NCBI RefSeq assembly: GCF_009914755.1
Contig: NC_060932.1
Length of the DNA stretch: 64,000 nt
Origin: the human T2T-CHM13v2.0 reference genome, Homo sapiens
Direction: 5' to 3' (one strand)
The position numbers and the translations under genes were made by a program. Under the pieces are notes generated by a model. It did not search any database, was not told where the DNA came from, and worked only from the letters and a program-made list of their open reading frames with translations. Below are positions 1 through 13,916 of the stretch, one piece after another (the stretch's first letter is position 1; the number at the start of each line of letters is the position of its first letter).

Positions 1-704
1 CTATTGAGTTGATAGCCTAATGACATTAAAAGCAAATGTCCTTAGTAAATGGTCAAACAATGATATTATTTTTCAAGTCAATAAAGAAGATGTGTATATA
101 TTAAAGTTACAAATATATATGTCTTCTTTATTGAGTTGAAATGATGAATATATATGTACATATTCATCCTTTTAAGTTGGTGAATTATTAAATGGCTACA
201 GTACTTTGGGAACAAATTCTTCCTTTTATAAAGGACACAGCCTTGGGAGTTGTCCAGGGCATTCTCTCTTCTCTTGATCAAAGTGTTTAAGTCTTCAATA
301 TCATTCCTGTCTGCAGAAACTCCAGGCCCTGTTCCAAGGCCTGCCCTTGGTGAATTATAAAGGGGGAGCAATTTGTCTTCAGCACAAAGTTGCTATGTGT
401 GTTTGCTCTGAGACTTTTTCCCCCTCTGTGTAATAGAGTAGGTGCACTGCCCTTGCTGGGTGCACTGGGGGATTCAGTGGCACCACAGTGTGCAAGCTGG
501 GGCTCAGCATGGGGTCTGGCAGCTAATGGGCATCCAGTACATCTTCGGCCCATTCCTTTCAGGCTCCTACAGTCTCGTGTTGCTTCCTCGGCCACTAGCA
601 CCTTGTGGCTCACCTATAAAAGACTCAGTGACCAGGCAACAACCTCCTGAGAATACTGTAGACAGGAAACCCTTAGCCTGGCTCTATTACTGAGAACTGC
701 TAGT

Positions 705-815
705 AATCAGCTCAGTGACCTTGGAAAAATCGTGTGGATTCTCTCAGTTTCTCATCCATATAAGGGACAGTATTCATAAGAGAAGCACTAAGTTCCCTTC
801 TAATTTTGACATTTA
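705..815 (+). mobile_element. MIR/MIR3-like SINE fragment
   Basis: gtgaccttggaaaa...ctcagtttctcatc core, then aagttcccttctaattttgacatt resembling the MIR3 3' end. Confidence 0.55.
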
Positions 816-1069
816 ATGTGTCATCAGACATGCGTTCCATTCCATGCAAACATTTGTTGCCTTAGATGAAAAAAGTACAAGTTCAATAAGAAACTCAGCT
901 CAAATATGTTACTCTTATTCAATATCAGTGCTGTCTCCCCTAATTGAATGTAATTAAACACATCTCCTATTGTTTTAAGGTATTCTTAAATAAACATTTT
1001 AAACTTAATTTCAAAATTAAAAATTTTTAATGAAATGAATCAGACAGATAAAATAGTTACATATATATG

Positions 1070-1073
<4 letters not shown>

Positions 1074-1136
<63 letters not shown>

Positions 1137-1140
1137 TAGA
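1074..1140. repeat. (TA)n microsatellite followed by (GA)n
   Basis: Directly visible. Confidence 0.97.
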
Positions 1141-1585
1141 TAAACAGAGATGGCACATACATCTTCATTATAACAATATTAAAACTTAGTACACCCAATC
1201 TAGTCTCAGGACGAGATCATAGTCTGTACCTATGCAGTGTCCTCTGTGCCCTTTCCTGATCCCATTCCCATCTCTCTCCCCCTTCAGGTGACATTTCTGA
1301 CATTTCTCAATTTTGTGTTATTAAGTTCCATGTTTTACGTTTTTCCATATGTATATATCACATAAAATGGTTGTTTAGTTATTTTAGTCAAAGGAAGTAA
1401 GTTATTTGTATTCTTCTGAGGCCTGTTAATTTTTTTTTCTGAACATGTTTTCTTTTGGTGCTAGACATGTTGATGTAGTAACTCTAAATTCACTCATTGC
1501 TATTGCTGAATAATATTCCATTATAAGAATAAACCAGAATTTATGAGATTCCACAGCTATATTCAGTTTCTTCTGAGTATGGAGG

Positions 1586-1700
1586 GTGTGTGTGTGTGTG
1601 TGTGTGTGAGTGTGCGTGTGAGTGTGAGTGTGTGAGAGAGTGTGAGTGTGTGTGTGTGAGAGTGTGTGTGTGAGTGTGTGTGTGAGAGTGTGTGTATGTG
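1586..1700. repeat. (TG)n/(TGAG) compound microsatellite
   Basis: Directly visible. Confidence 0.97.
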
Positions 1701-2994
1701 TCTGAGCATGCACATTTCCAATAAGGGTGCTAAGACTATTAATGTATTCACCTCTTGGTACACTTATGCCTGTTTTCTCTATGCATTTAAGAGGACAATT
1801 GCTGAATTATAGAGTACATACATGTTCCAATGTACGGGTAGTCCCACATTATTTTCTGAAAGGATTGTATCATTTTAAACTCGCATCAGCAGGGGGCACA
1901 AGTTCCCATGGCTACGTGTCTTCCTAATACCTGATAAGGTCAGACTCTGATTTTGCCAGTCTAATGAATTGGAAATGGCCTTTTGTGCAGAAATGGTTTT
2001 TCTTTGCATGTTTCTGATTGTAAGTGATATTCAGGTCTCCTTTTGTGCTTACTGGCCATTCATGTTTCCTGTACTCTGAAATGCTTGCTGTTTTGCTGAT
2101 GTTTATTACTGGGTCATTTATCTTTTTCTTATGAGTTTGTAGGAGTGTTTTATGTAGTCATAGTATTTTTTAGGTTTTATGTGTTCAAATACCTTCTCAC
2201 GATGTGTGGTTCTTGTTTATCCACATTTCCGTGATGTCTTCAGATGAATAGAACTTTGTGTTAATATGTTGATCTTTATATTTTTCATTATCTTTGCTTT
2301 TGTGTTGCTTTTTAAGAACACTTCCTCATCATGAAAGCCATTAAGATCCTCCCCTATGTTATTTTTTAATTATAGGACTTTGATTTTTACTTTTTCTATC
2401 CAATGACTCAGCACCATTCATTGTCCAGGCCATGCTCCCCTGAGTAATCGGCCACACCAACTCTATGACAGACGAGGTTTGCATACAAGGAGGGTCTGGC
2501 TCTGGGCTCTCTGTTTTGTTCCATTAGTGTAGTGGGTCTGGCTCTGGGCTCTTGATTTCGCTCCATTAGTGTAATTTGTTTCCCCTCTTATAAACAATAT
2601 GTTACTGTTCATAATACTATAGTTTTGCAATGAATCTTGTTATTTCCTACTGTATTGTCACTCATCTGGTTCTTCTTCAGGAAGAATTTATTCAGGTATG
2701 TCAGTGATTCCTGACAACACACCACTGCAGGATTCTGGAAGGAATAGGACAAAAATGTGTTTTTCCTTTAAACTTTAGAATAAGCTTTGCTAAGTTTCAT
2801 AACAACACTATTTAGGGTTCTTTTTTGAGATTTCTAATAATTACAGAGAGCAATTTGGGGGTTACTAACATATTTACAAAAATGAGTATACATTTATTTC
2901 AATCTTCTAATGCAATAAAAGTTTGTAATTTTCTTCTTAAGCCACTTGAAAACATTGTATTCCATTTAGACCTAGGTGCCATGTTTTTTGTGGC

Positions 2995-3287
2995 TATTTT
3001 ATTTTATGAGACAAGGTCTCACTCTGCACAGGCTGGAGGGCAGTGATGTGATCACAGCTCACTGCAGCCTCCATTTCCTGAAATCAGATGATTCTCCCAC
3101 TTCAGCCTCCCAAGTAGCTGGGACTACGGGCATGTGCCACCACACCCAGCTAATTTTTTGTGTTTTTAGTAGAGATGGGGTTCCGCCATGTTGCGTAGGC
3201 TGGTCTCCAACTCCTGTACTCAAGCAGTCCGCCTGCCTCGGCCTCCCAAAGTACTGAGATTAAAGGCATGAGTCACCTTGACCAGCC
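2995..3287 (-). mobile_element. Alu, AluJ-like
   Basis: Full antisense dimer gagacaaggtctcactctg...cacagctcactgcagcctcc...ctcaagcagtccgcctgcctcggcctcccaaag with J-type diagnostics. Confidence 0.92.
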
Positions 3288-3290
3288 TAG

Positions 3291-3617
<327 letters not shown>

Positions 3618-3693
3618 CTGGCCTGGCTATTTTAAAGGTATTTTTTATCCATCAGTAGGTAGAAATGCAACTGACTATAGCATTGGCTTTTAC

Positions 3694-4041
3694 TGTCTAC
3701 TCAGTTTGTTTAGGCTGCTATACAAAAATGTCATAAACTGGGTGGCTTATAAACAATAGAAATGTATGTCTTTTAGTTCCAGAGTCTGAGAAATTCACGA
3801 TCAAGAGGTGAGCAGATTTGATGTCTGGTGAGAGCCATCTTCTCACTGTAACCTCATACGGAGGAGGGAGGCAAGGCTGCTCTCTGGGGCCTCTTTCACC
3901 AGGGCACTAAATGCCATTCATGAGGCCTCCATCCTCATGAACAAATCACTTTCCAGGGACCTCACCTCCAAATGTCCTCCCACTGATGACTAGGATTCAA
4001 CATAAGAATTTGATGAGGGGTCCCCAATCCAGACCATTGCA
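3694..4041 (-). mobile_element. MaLR solo LTR, MLT1A-type
   Basis: tgtc...ctgggtggcttataaacaatagaaat...gggcactaa...ttcaacataagaattt...cagaccattgca matches reverse-complement MLT1A. Confidence 0.85.
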
Positions 4042-4074
4042 CCATGTCTATGCTAAAAACGGAAATTTACATGG

Positions 4075-4420
4075 TTAGCTGGGTCTTCTCCCTGATATCT
4101 AGATATGTATAACCAACTCCCTGGAGGTCCTGTTAGGAATCGTCAGGTGTCCCAAAGTAACCGTTCTAAAGCATATCTATTGGTCCCCGACCAGACCACT
4201 TCCCAACATCCCCCTCACTCACAGCTTCTATGATTCAGCAAATGTCTCAACACCAAACCCAGTGCTCAGGCCAAAATATAGGAGCACCCCTCTCCTGCCT
4301 CACAACTTGCAACAGTTACGCCCTTCAGTGGCACCTCAAAAACCTTCCCCAAATAGCTCACTTCACCACCTGCACAGCCACCTCCCACCTGGCCCCCACA
4401 CCTGTCATCTTTACCCTATA
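4075..4420 (+). mobile_element. L2 fragment
   Basis: ctccctgatatctagatatgtataaccaactccct...cagtgctcaggccaaaat resembles the L2 3' region. Confidence 0.55.
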
Positions 4421-4480
4421 AATCTTCCAGAGAGACATATCTTAAGAACTTACACTAGTTTTCTAAAAAAAAAAAATTTA

Positions 4481-4844
4481 TTGCTTAGTCCATTTGGACT
4501 GATATAACAAAATATCATAAAATTGGTAGCTTATAATCAACAGAAATTGGCAGCTTATAAACAACAGAAATTTATATCTGGAGGCTTGGAAGTTCAAGAT
4601 CAAGGTGCTGGAAGATGTGGTGTCTGGTGGGGGCTGGGGGCCTGGCTTCTTTATAAAGAAACCTCTTCTTACTGCATCCTATCATAGCGGAAGGGAAAAC
4701 AAGCTCCCTTGAGCCTCTTTTGTAAGGGCACTAATTTCATTTATATCCTAATCACCTCCCAAAGGCCCTTCTCTTAACAGCACCCTTGGGGATTAGGTTT
4801 CAACATATGAATTTAGGGAGGACAAAGGCATTCAGACCATGACA
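4481..4844 (-). mobile_element. MaLR solo LTR, MLT1A-type, with internal 24-bp tandem duplication (4520-4567)
   Basis: cttagtccatttggactg...aagttcaagatcaaggtgctg...ggggattaggtttcaacatatgaattt...ttcagaccatgaca. Confidence 0.87.
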
Positions 4845-5830
4845 GCCATATTCTTATGATCTGTTACTAATTCCAATAATTTGTCTATAGATTCATTTGA
4901 TTTCTTATGCAGACAGTTGTGTTAGCTGGGAATAATGGTAGTTTTGATTGCTTCTTTTCATATTTTATACAAATGATTTGTCTTTCATGTCATAGGTCCC
5001 TGGCTGAACATAGAATGCAGGAGACGACAGTGAGCAGTCTCCCATTGATCTTTATTTTAAAGAGAATGCTTTTAAACAATTCAATGTTGTATATATCATT
5101 CCATTATTTTACCTGTAGATACCCATAAATGATTGAAGAAAGTTTTCTTTTATTCTTATATTACTAAACTTTTTAGTACCAAATGATTATTGAAATTTTA
5201 CCATTCTTTTCTACATCTATTAAGATAAGTAGGTGATTTTTCTTTTTCACTTCTGTGAATAGAGTAGATTACATTAATATGTTTTATTATATTGATGTAA
5301 ATTTGTATTCCTGGAATAAACCTCAATTGGTCATTATTCACCTTCTTTTTGCAAACACTTCCATTTAGACTGCCAGTTTTATTTAGAAATGTTATATTAT
5401 GTTTATGAATGAGATTCAAATACAATTTTCCTTGACTCTACTAATCTTGCTTGGTTGTAGAATCAAAGTTATACCAACACTCTCTTTTTCACTTTTTTGA
5501 AATATTTTATATAATATGAATAATATCTGCTTCTCGAGTACTTAACTATAAAATAATTAGGGGGGGGGGTTCTAAAATTTTCTTTACAGGAAGAGATTTA
5601 ATTGTTGATTTAGTTTCCTCACAGAGGAACCTGCTGTGTAAAAGTGGATAAATCACTGGTTCTCCCTGGATCATTGTCTTCATTTATAAAACCTATTGAG
5701 TTCTATCATGTTATGTAAGCTCCTTTCTTCATTTTATACTTGCTGTAGGTCTGAGCAGTGACACGACTCAGTCTTCTCTCTAACTCTGTTTTCTCCTCCT
5801 GAAGTTGTCACAAAGTCGCAGCTTTTATGG

Positions 5831-5922
5831 AAAAATTTATAATAAATAAATTTATAATAAATTTTTATTTTTTAAAATTTAATAAATTTTCTTTAAAAAT
5901 TTATAATAAATTTTATAATATA
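5831..5922. repeat. AT-rich low-complexity tract (aaatttataataaa units)
   Basis: Directly visible. Confidence 0.8.
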
Positions 5923-5939
5923 GTTATTAGGCGAAGCTC

Positions 5940-7150
5940 CAGAGGTGGAAGACGGACGTTCCAGGATTGAAGCAAATTGAGCCTATTTATAAACTGAAGG
6001 AACCAGAAAGAGTGAGAGTACAGAAAAAGAGAGGGAGGGAAGAAAGAACAGCGAGGTCCTGAGGAAGGCTTTACTGCTAGAGAGGAAGATTTGGAATCAG
6101 AGATTGAGGAAAATGGGAAACCTGGACTGGTGTAGAAGAATAGGTGATCAGGCACAGGCTGATGGCTTGATATGACAGATACGGGCAGGTCGCTGGGCTG
6201 TGGCTTGGATTCCAGAGGATCTACAGCAGGACTGGAGTGGAGAGAGCTCACTGTATGAATTAGGGTAATTATCGGATGCTGGCTGAAGAGCTGAATCGTG
6301 ATAAGCTGGAGGAGGATGAGGGAAGTGGGGGCTGGAGGTGTCTGTGATATTAAAGTAAAAAGAGGTGGTGTGGAAGGGAAAGAGGACGCTAAAATGCCGG
6401 AACTTAAAATTAAATTCAATTAAATTTTTTAAAAAATGCAGCTACTATGATCAGAAAGAACAGGTCTGAATGTACATGCTTGTCAGGGTGGAGTGCTCTG
6501 AGTTTGGGATTGGGTTAAGGTTAGGGTAAATACCCAGGGACATCATGGGAGGGGAAATGAAAGGAGACTCTGTGGCAAGATAGAGTGAAGCCAGGGCTGT
6601 AGAGAAGCATCTGCAGTGAGTGGTTGATTTTGCCATTACTGTCTGCCCCAAAGAGTGTTAAGAAATTTACATATGTTATGTAATTTAATCCTCACAACAG
6701 GATAATGAGGTAGGCTTTAATATTATCTCTAATTTCCAGATGGAGAGCTGATGCTTAGAAAGTTGGTATGCCAGGCTCAGCTAGGACATTTCTGAGATGG
6801 GATTTAATTCCACATCTTTCTGATCCCAAAGTCATGACATTTAACCAGTATTCCACATGCTAGAGAGGCCAGGAAGTTTAGCCACTCATTCCGGAGACAT
6901 TAAAATCTCCCAGAGAAACAGCAGGACTTTGGGTGGAGAGCAAGCCCCTGAGCCAGCAAATGCCAGAGCGAGAGCAGGTGAAGGGCGGAGGAGCAGATGG
7001 CACAGACTCCAAGAGCCTCTGCTGAAGGCCGGGGACAGGGACCTGGAGCTCCATGGAGAACAGGAGTATGGGGACAGAAGAGAGCACTACATTCACTTGA
7101 GGTGGCAGAGGAGAAAAGAAATCCCCAAGGGAGAGTCAGGTTTCAGTTAA
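5940..7150 (-). mobile_element. Ancient L2-like ORF2 (endonuclease region) relic, split by a MIR
   Basis: Purine-rich antisense texture; minus-strand frame 6878-7096 contains SLGDFNV, the AP-endonuclease GDFN motif. Confidence 0.45.
6660..6855 (-). mobile_element. MIR
   Basis: tttaatcctcacaac...gaggtagg...tttccagatgg...ctgatcccaaagtc...ttaaccagt is reverse-complement MIR. Confidence 0.8.
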
Positions 7151-7994
7151 GGTGGGGGCCCTGTCCTGTGGAGCTCTCGAGGGACATCTCATCACTCAAA
7201 ACAACTCAAGCTCCTGTATGAGCACTCCTTGCATGGGCTAACAAGCAGTCATCATGCAACAGAAAATGTGCAATGGCAGCCAAGACAAGCTGGCCTGGGA
7301 TCTTGGGTTGGGACTCTGCATTGAGAGGTCAAGGGAGGATTCCCAGAGGAGGTGACATCTGAACTTGGACTTGAAGCATCAGCACTTCCAGGAAGCATAG
7401 TGGGATTACAGACAGAGGAAACCTAGAGGTGTAGAGCAGTGTGGATTGTGGAGAAACTACGAGCAGTCCACTGTAGCAGGAACACTGCGGACATTTGTGA
7501 GGAGGTGGCTTTGCCTGCAAGGCTCTATAGAGAAGGCGATATTTCCACAGAATCTAAAAAGATGCTAGATGAATGAGTGCCAAGCAGATAAGAGGAGGTG
7601 AGGAAAACATTCCCCATGACAGGATGCTAGAGCACTGAAATATGGCTGGGAAGGGGACCTTCCAGTTCCCAGGAAGCATCACTGAGAGGTGAAAACACAC
7701 ACCTGCTGGCTAAGGCAGCATCCTCTTTCCTGGCTTAGGTGGGCCCAGCAGCAACACAATAGATCCTTGTGTGTATTTCCTTCCTAAGCCATCGGCAAAG
7801 TGAGCCTGTCCTGCATGACACCACATTGCTTCCACTAAGGTGCTGAGGATAGGGCCATTAGACCCACGTCCTGTGGGTTTAGACCCAGGTCCCATGCACA
7901 TTTGTATATAAATGATATGAGAGTCTCTCCTCCTCTACCCTATTTCCGACAAATCCATTTATTAGTTCCCAATATTGATGAGAGAACTGAATGA

Positions 7995-8130
7995 GGCATT
8001 CCACATTTAGCATCTTTCTTGATCCCTACTTCTACCCCATGAGTTAGATATTGTTATCCTCATTTTACAAGCCACAAAACTTAAGCACACAGAGATCAAG
8101 AGATTTGGCTACGTACAAACATCCCTTGCA
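7995..8130 (-). mobile_element. MIR fragment
   Basis: ttatcctcattttacaag...aaacttaagcacacagag. Confidence 0.6.
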
Positions 8131-8914
8131 ATTGTAGACCTTTTTTTAAAGGGAATATTTACTGCATGCTTTTGTATCCATAGTCTGTGATTTTGTTCCT
8201 GTTATCTCCACTGGCAGAGAAGTAGTGCCCCTTGCTCCAAGACATGTCACCAATAAATGCTGGACTTTTGGCTTGCTATCCTGTGATATTTTCACAAGGA
8301 TCACTGTAGTACTTCCACAACCAGAAGCAAAGGGTATATTTTCATGCAGGAATGTTGGCTAAACCTGGTGAATTTTATCACTTTGGCTCAGGGCTTCCAG
8401 AAAATTTGGCACTCAGTGGGGCTCCCTCCCTATGTCCTGGTTCACCTTTACTTCAAGAGGCAGTTCAGGGACCACCAGTGGGTCCTGCAGAAGTCAGGCA
8501 CAGATCAGAGGAGAGAATGCCAAGGCCCCGAACCCTAAAGACTCCGAACCCTAAAGACTCCCTCCTCTTTAGGCAAATGGCAGATTTATCCAGCGACTGA
8601 TAAAGGAATAAGGATAAGGTAGGGGCATTAGTCTAGTGGATTCAGTTCAAAGGCACCGAGAAACTGAGGTTTTCAGCATGCAGATGTTCACCTCAGGGTG
8701 GGTCTGTGTTGCATGCTAAGAAAGGAAGCCAGCCATCTATTGAGCTCTTTCAGAGTGCTTTGTTTTTTCATTTACTTCTCTCACTAAACTTGCATCATGA
8801 TTATCAACTTTTTTGGACTAGAACACAGCGAAGAGAACAGATTTGGAGTCTGAGTACCCAGAAGTAATTTCTGAACCTGCCAGTTCCTAGCTGGTCAACT
8901 GTGGCTTAAAAGTG

Positions 8915-9625
8915 CATGTTGGGGGTGGGGGTTAGGGAGAATGAAGGGATGAATAGGCAGAGCACAGAGGAATTTTAGGACAGTGAAAGTACTCTGTATG
9001 GTACTATAATGGTGTTAAATCATCATTCATTTGTCCAAACTTATGGAATGCCCAACACCAAGAGTGAACAGTAATGTATGCTATGATAACAATGTGTCAA
9101 TTTAGGCTCATTGTATTAGCCCATTCTCACACTGCTATAAGGATACTACCCAAGATTGGGTGATTTATAAACAAAGGAGATTTAATTGACTCACCGTTCC
9201 ACATGGCTGGAAAGGTCTCAGGAAACTTACAATCATGGTGGAAGGCAAAACAGGAACATCTTATATGGTGGCAGGAGAGAGAAGCAAGTGAAGGAGGAGC
9301 TTGCCAAACACTTATAAAACCATCAGATCTCAAGAGAATGCACTTACTGTCACAAGAACAGTATGGGGGAAACTGTCCCCATGATCCAGTCAACTCCCAC
9401 AGGTTCCTCCCTCAACACCTGGGGATTACAATTCAAGATGAGATTTGGGTGGGGACACAAAGCCAAACCATATCACTAATCTACTGTAGCAATAACACTC
9501 TGGTACAGGACATTGATAATGGGGGAAGGCTATGCAAGAGGGAGGGGGGGACTATATGAGATGTCTCTGGATCTTCTGCTCAATTTTACCTTAAACTTAA
9601 AACTACTATAAAACATATAAGTGTT
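8915..9625 (+). mobile_element. L1MC1-like 3' UTR, interrupted by a THE1 LTR
   Basis: gggatgaataggcagagcacagagg...caacaccaagagtgaac...ttgataatgggggaaggctatgca...ctgctcaatttt. Confidence 0.85.
9112..9475 (-). mobile_element. THE1D-like solo LTR
   Basis: tgtattagcc...gagatttgggtggggacacaaagccaaaccatatca; 5-bp TSD ctcat/ctaat. Confidence 0.92.
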
Positions 9626-9702
9626 TGTAAAAGGTTTATATCCCTGAACTTTTATTTTATAAAATAATTCATAAAACACATGCACTTATAAACTAGAAAG
9701 AC

Positions 9703-9815
9703 TAATAATAATAAGGCTACTGTGAGGATTATATAAATTATTACACACAAGGTATTGAGAAGAATAACTGACCCATAGAAAGCACTCAATATGTGTCTGC
9801 TGTTGTTATTATCAA
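9703..9815 (+). mobile_element. MIR 3' fragment
   Basis: gtgaggatta...catagaaagcactcaata...tgttattat. Confidence 0.65.
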
Positions 9816-11012
9816 TAATATGAATACTGAGAGAAGCTCAGAGGGGAAATAATTTGGCCAAGAAAATGCAGCTCACATGCCAGCCTGGGCCTTCCAGGTT
9901 CTAGAATTCATGTTCATTCTGCTACAGAGGAAGATACTTCAAGAGTTCCATAGCTGAGTTAATCCTTGTAAAAAGAGCACCCTTCCATTTACATTACCCT
10001 TTATCCAACCAAATATTTTCTGAGCACTGCCTCTGAATGGGACTCTGTAACACATGCCTGGGCTCTGGTCCCTGTCTCTGAGGGGTCCTCAGGAGGGGGA
10101 CATCAGACACACAGAGGAAATAAACAGGGATTAGATAGGAATCAGACTCTCAGTAGGGCTTTAAGGGAAAGCCTGTAAAAGGCTCTCAGAATCCAGTTGA
10201 GGCTGCCAGGCATTGGCACTCAGAAAACAGAGAAGCCTTTGTGCATAAATCTGGAAGGATCTGCAAGACAAAAACAGTGGCACGAGAGTGGGAGAACTGG
10301 AAAAAAATAGTGTGAGCAGAGGCAGAGTTGGGTACCCATCAGCTTTGGAACTCAGAAACTTGACAGCAGGAGGGCATCTTACTGACCAGCTAGCCCAGTC
10401 CCTTGCAGTAAATCACCAGGTGAAGTCATTTACTAGCCACATGCTCTTAAGTGGGATCTGAACCTTTCTATTCCTTAGTTTCCTTGTTTTTAAATATTTA
10501 CAGCAATATTCCTACTGTGCAGGGTTATGATGACAAATGCTCCTTAAACATAAGCATTTGGTAATCATCATTTATAATAATCATAGTTACTATTGTTATT
10601 TAAACAGATGTGAAAACTGAGACGAGAGAAGTCAATAGAATTTCCAAGTTCTCACACCAAGCCAGAATCTAAAACTCTGTGTTTTTCATCCCAGCAAACT
10701 TCCTCCTCTTATGAGGACAAATTGGGGTAAATATGGGTAACGTACTCTTAGGAGGACAAATTGGGGTAAATATGGGTAAAGTACTGTAATAGTTTGCTAG
10801 GGCTGCCATAACCAAATACCACAGACTGAGCAGCTTAAACAACAGAAATTTACTTTCTCATTGGTCTGGAGGCTGAAAGTCTGAGATCAAGGTGTCAGCA
10901 AGGTTGACTCCTGATGAGGACCCTCACATACCTGGTCTTTCCTCTGCATGTGCAGGTCTGTATTTTAAATTCCCTCCTCTCATGAGAACACCAGCCCCAT
11001 TAGCTTAGAGCC

Positions 11013-11382
11013 TGTCTTAGTTCATTTGTGTTACTACAACAAAATTCCACAGGGCAAGTAATTTATAAAGAATAGAAACATATTTCCTCACAGTTCTGGG
11101 GGCTGGGAAGTCCAAGATCAAGTCTCCAGCAGGTTTAAGGGCTAGAGAGGGCTCACTGATTCAAGACGGCATCTTGCTGCATCTTCACATGGCAGAAAGC
11201 TGACAGGCAAAATGGCCTAAGTTAGTTCCCTCCAGGTCTTTAATCAGACACTAATCTACTCATAAGGCTGGGTCCTCATGGCTTAATCACTACCCAAAAG
11301 GCCTTACCTCTTAATACCACCACAATGGAGACTAAGTTTCAACATTAATTTTGTAGGGGACACAAACATTCAAGCCATAGCA
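11013..11382 (-). mobile_element. MSTC/MSTD-type solo LTR nested in MLT1
   Basis: tgtcttagttc...cattcaagccatagca; TSD gagcc/gggcc. Confidence 0.87.
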
Positions 11383-11433
11383 GGGCCTGCCCTAATGACC
11401 TCATTTTACTCAGTTCCCTCTTTAAAGACCTTA

Positions 11434-12525
<1,092 letters not shown>

Positions 12526-12879
12526 CAGGACCTTGTCTCCAAAGACAGCCACATTCTGAGGTTAGAACCTCTACATATGAATTTTAGGGGCTCTTAATTA
12601 AGCCCATAAGAAGAATTTGTCACTGATTCTGGCAGAGAACAGATGCTAAAACATATCAGCTGCTATTGACACAGCATGGTTACTACAGTGCCTTGTCACT
12701 AGAGTTTAATGAAATCCTCGTGTCAACATCCATTGTTTGTGTAACATACATAGCAGAAGCCCCTTAAACCTTTTCCACATATTCTGCAGGGAACATCACA
12801 CAGTTCCACAAGCCTGCTGTACCGTCAGGCTCCTTTTGCAAAATGACAAACCCTGTAACATTTTTTTTCATAGAGCTGG

Positions 12880-13916
12880 TTTTTGAAAAAGCTGTATCAA
12901 GATGTATTAGCATTCTCCAGAGAAACAGAATCAATAGGAGATGACAGATATATAGATAGATGATAGATAGACAGATAGGTACATAGATAGAAAGATACAT
13001 AGATAGGAGAGAATTTATTAGGGAATTTGCTCATTCAATTATGGAGGCTGAGAAGTTCCATGAAATGCCATCTGCAAGCCAGAGAGCCAGGGGAGCTGGT
13101 AATAAGGCTCAGTTCAGGTTCAAAGGCCTAAAAACGTGGAGTTCTGAAGGCCAAAGGGAGGAGAAGATAGGTGCTCCAGCTCTAGAGAGGGGGTGAGAAC
13201 AAATTAGCCTTTCCTCTGCCTTTTTGTTCTATCCAGGCCCTCAGGCAACAGGATGGTGCCTTTCCACATTGGTCAGGATGGATCTTCCTTACTCAAAACC
13301 ACTGATTCAAATACCAATCTCTTCCAGAAACACCCTCACAGACACACCCAGAAATAATGCTTTACCGGCTATTTAGGTTTTCCTTAATCCAGTCAAGTGA
13401 CACCTAAAATTAACCATCATGCAAGGTCTACTTGACACACAAAAAATTGCGCACATGTAATATATCCATTTTGATGAGGTTAAACACATGCATATACCCT
13501 GATACCATCAACACAACCAAAATATTAAACATATCCATCCCCTGCAAAGATTTCCTTGTGTTCTTCTGTGCTCTACTTTTCTTGACGGGGGGGTGGTAAG
13601 AACACTTAACCTGATGTCTATCTTTTAACATATTCTAAAGGCCAGAATACCGTGTGGTTAACTACAGGCACTATGTGGTCCTGCAGGTCTCTAGGACTTA
13701 CTTGTCTTGTATAACAGAAACTCTATACCCATTGAAAAACAACTCCTCATTGCCGCCTTCCTCTAGTCTCTGGGAAATAGAATTCTACTCTCTGCTTCCA
13801 TGAGTTTGACTATTTTAAACACCTCCTATAAGTAGCATCATGTAGTATTTGTCTTTCTGTGACTGGCTTATTTCACTTAGTTTAATGTCTTTAGGTTCAT
13901 TCATGTTGTTGCAAAA
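12880..13916 (-). mobile_element. L1MB/late-L1MA 3' end, interrupted by MLT2B
   Basis: gtggtaagaacacttaac...ctactctctgcttccatgagtttgactatttta...gactggcttatttcacttag. Confidence 0.82.
12903..13421 (-). mobile_element. MLT2B-type ERVL solo LTR with (GATA)n tract
   Basis: tgtattagcattctccagagaaacagaa...cagacacacccagaaataatg...aaaattaaccatca; TSD caaga/caagg. Confidence 0.9.

Noticed and set aside
1426-1763. His/Thr-repeat ORFs
   Set aside because: Translation of the (CA)n microsatellite
4520-4567. 24-bp tandem duplication in an LTR
   Set aside because: Real but an ordinary slippage event; recorded under features only
5913-6419. 168-aa minus-strand ORF
   Set aside because: S/P/L-biased, non-ATG start, within a probable LINE relic; no recognisable domain
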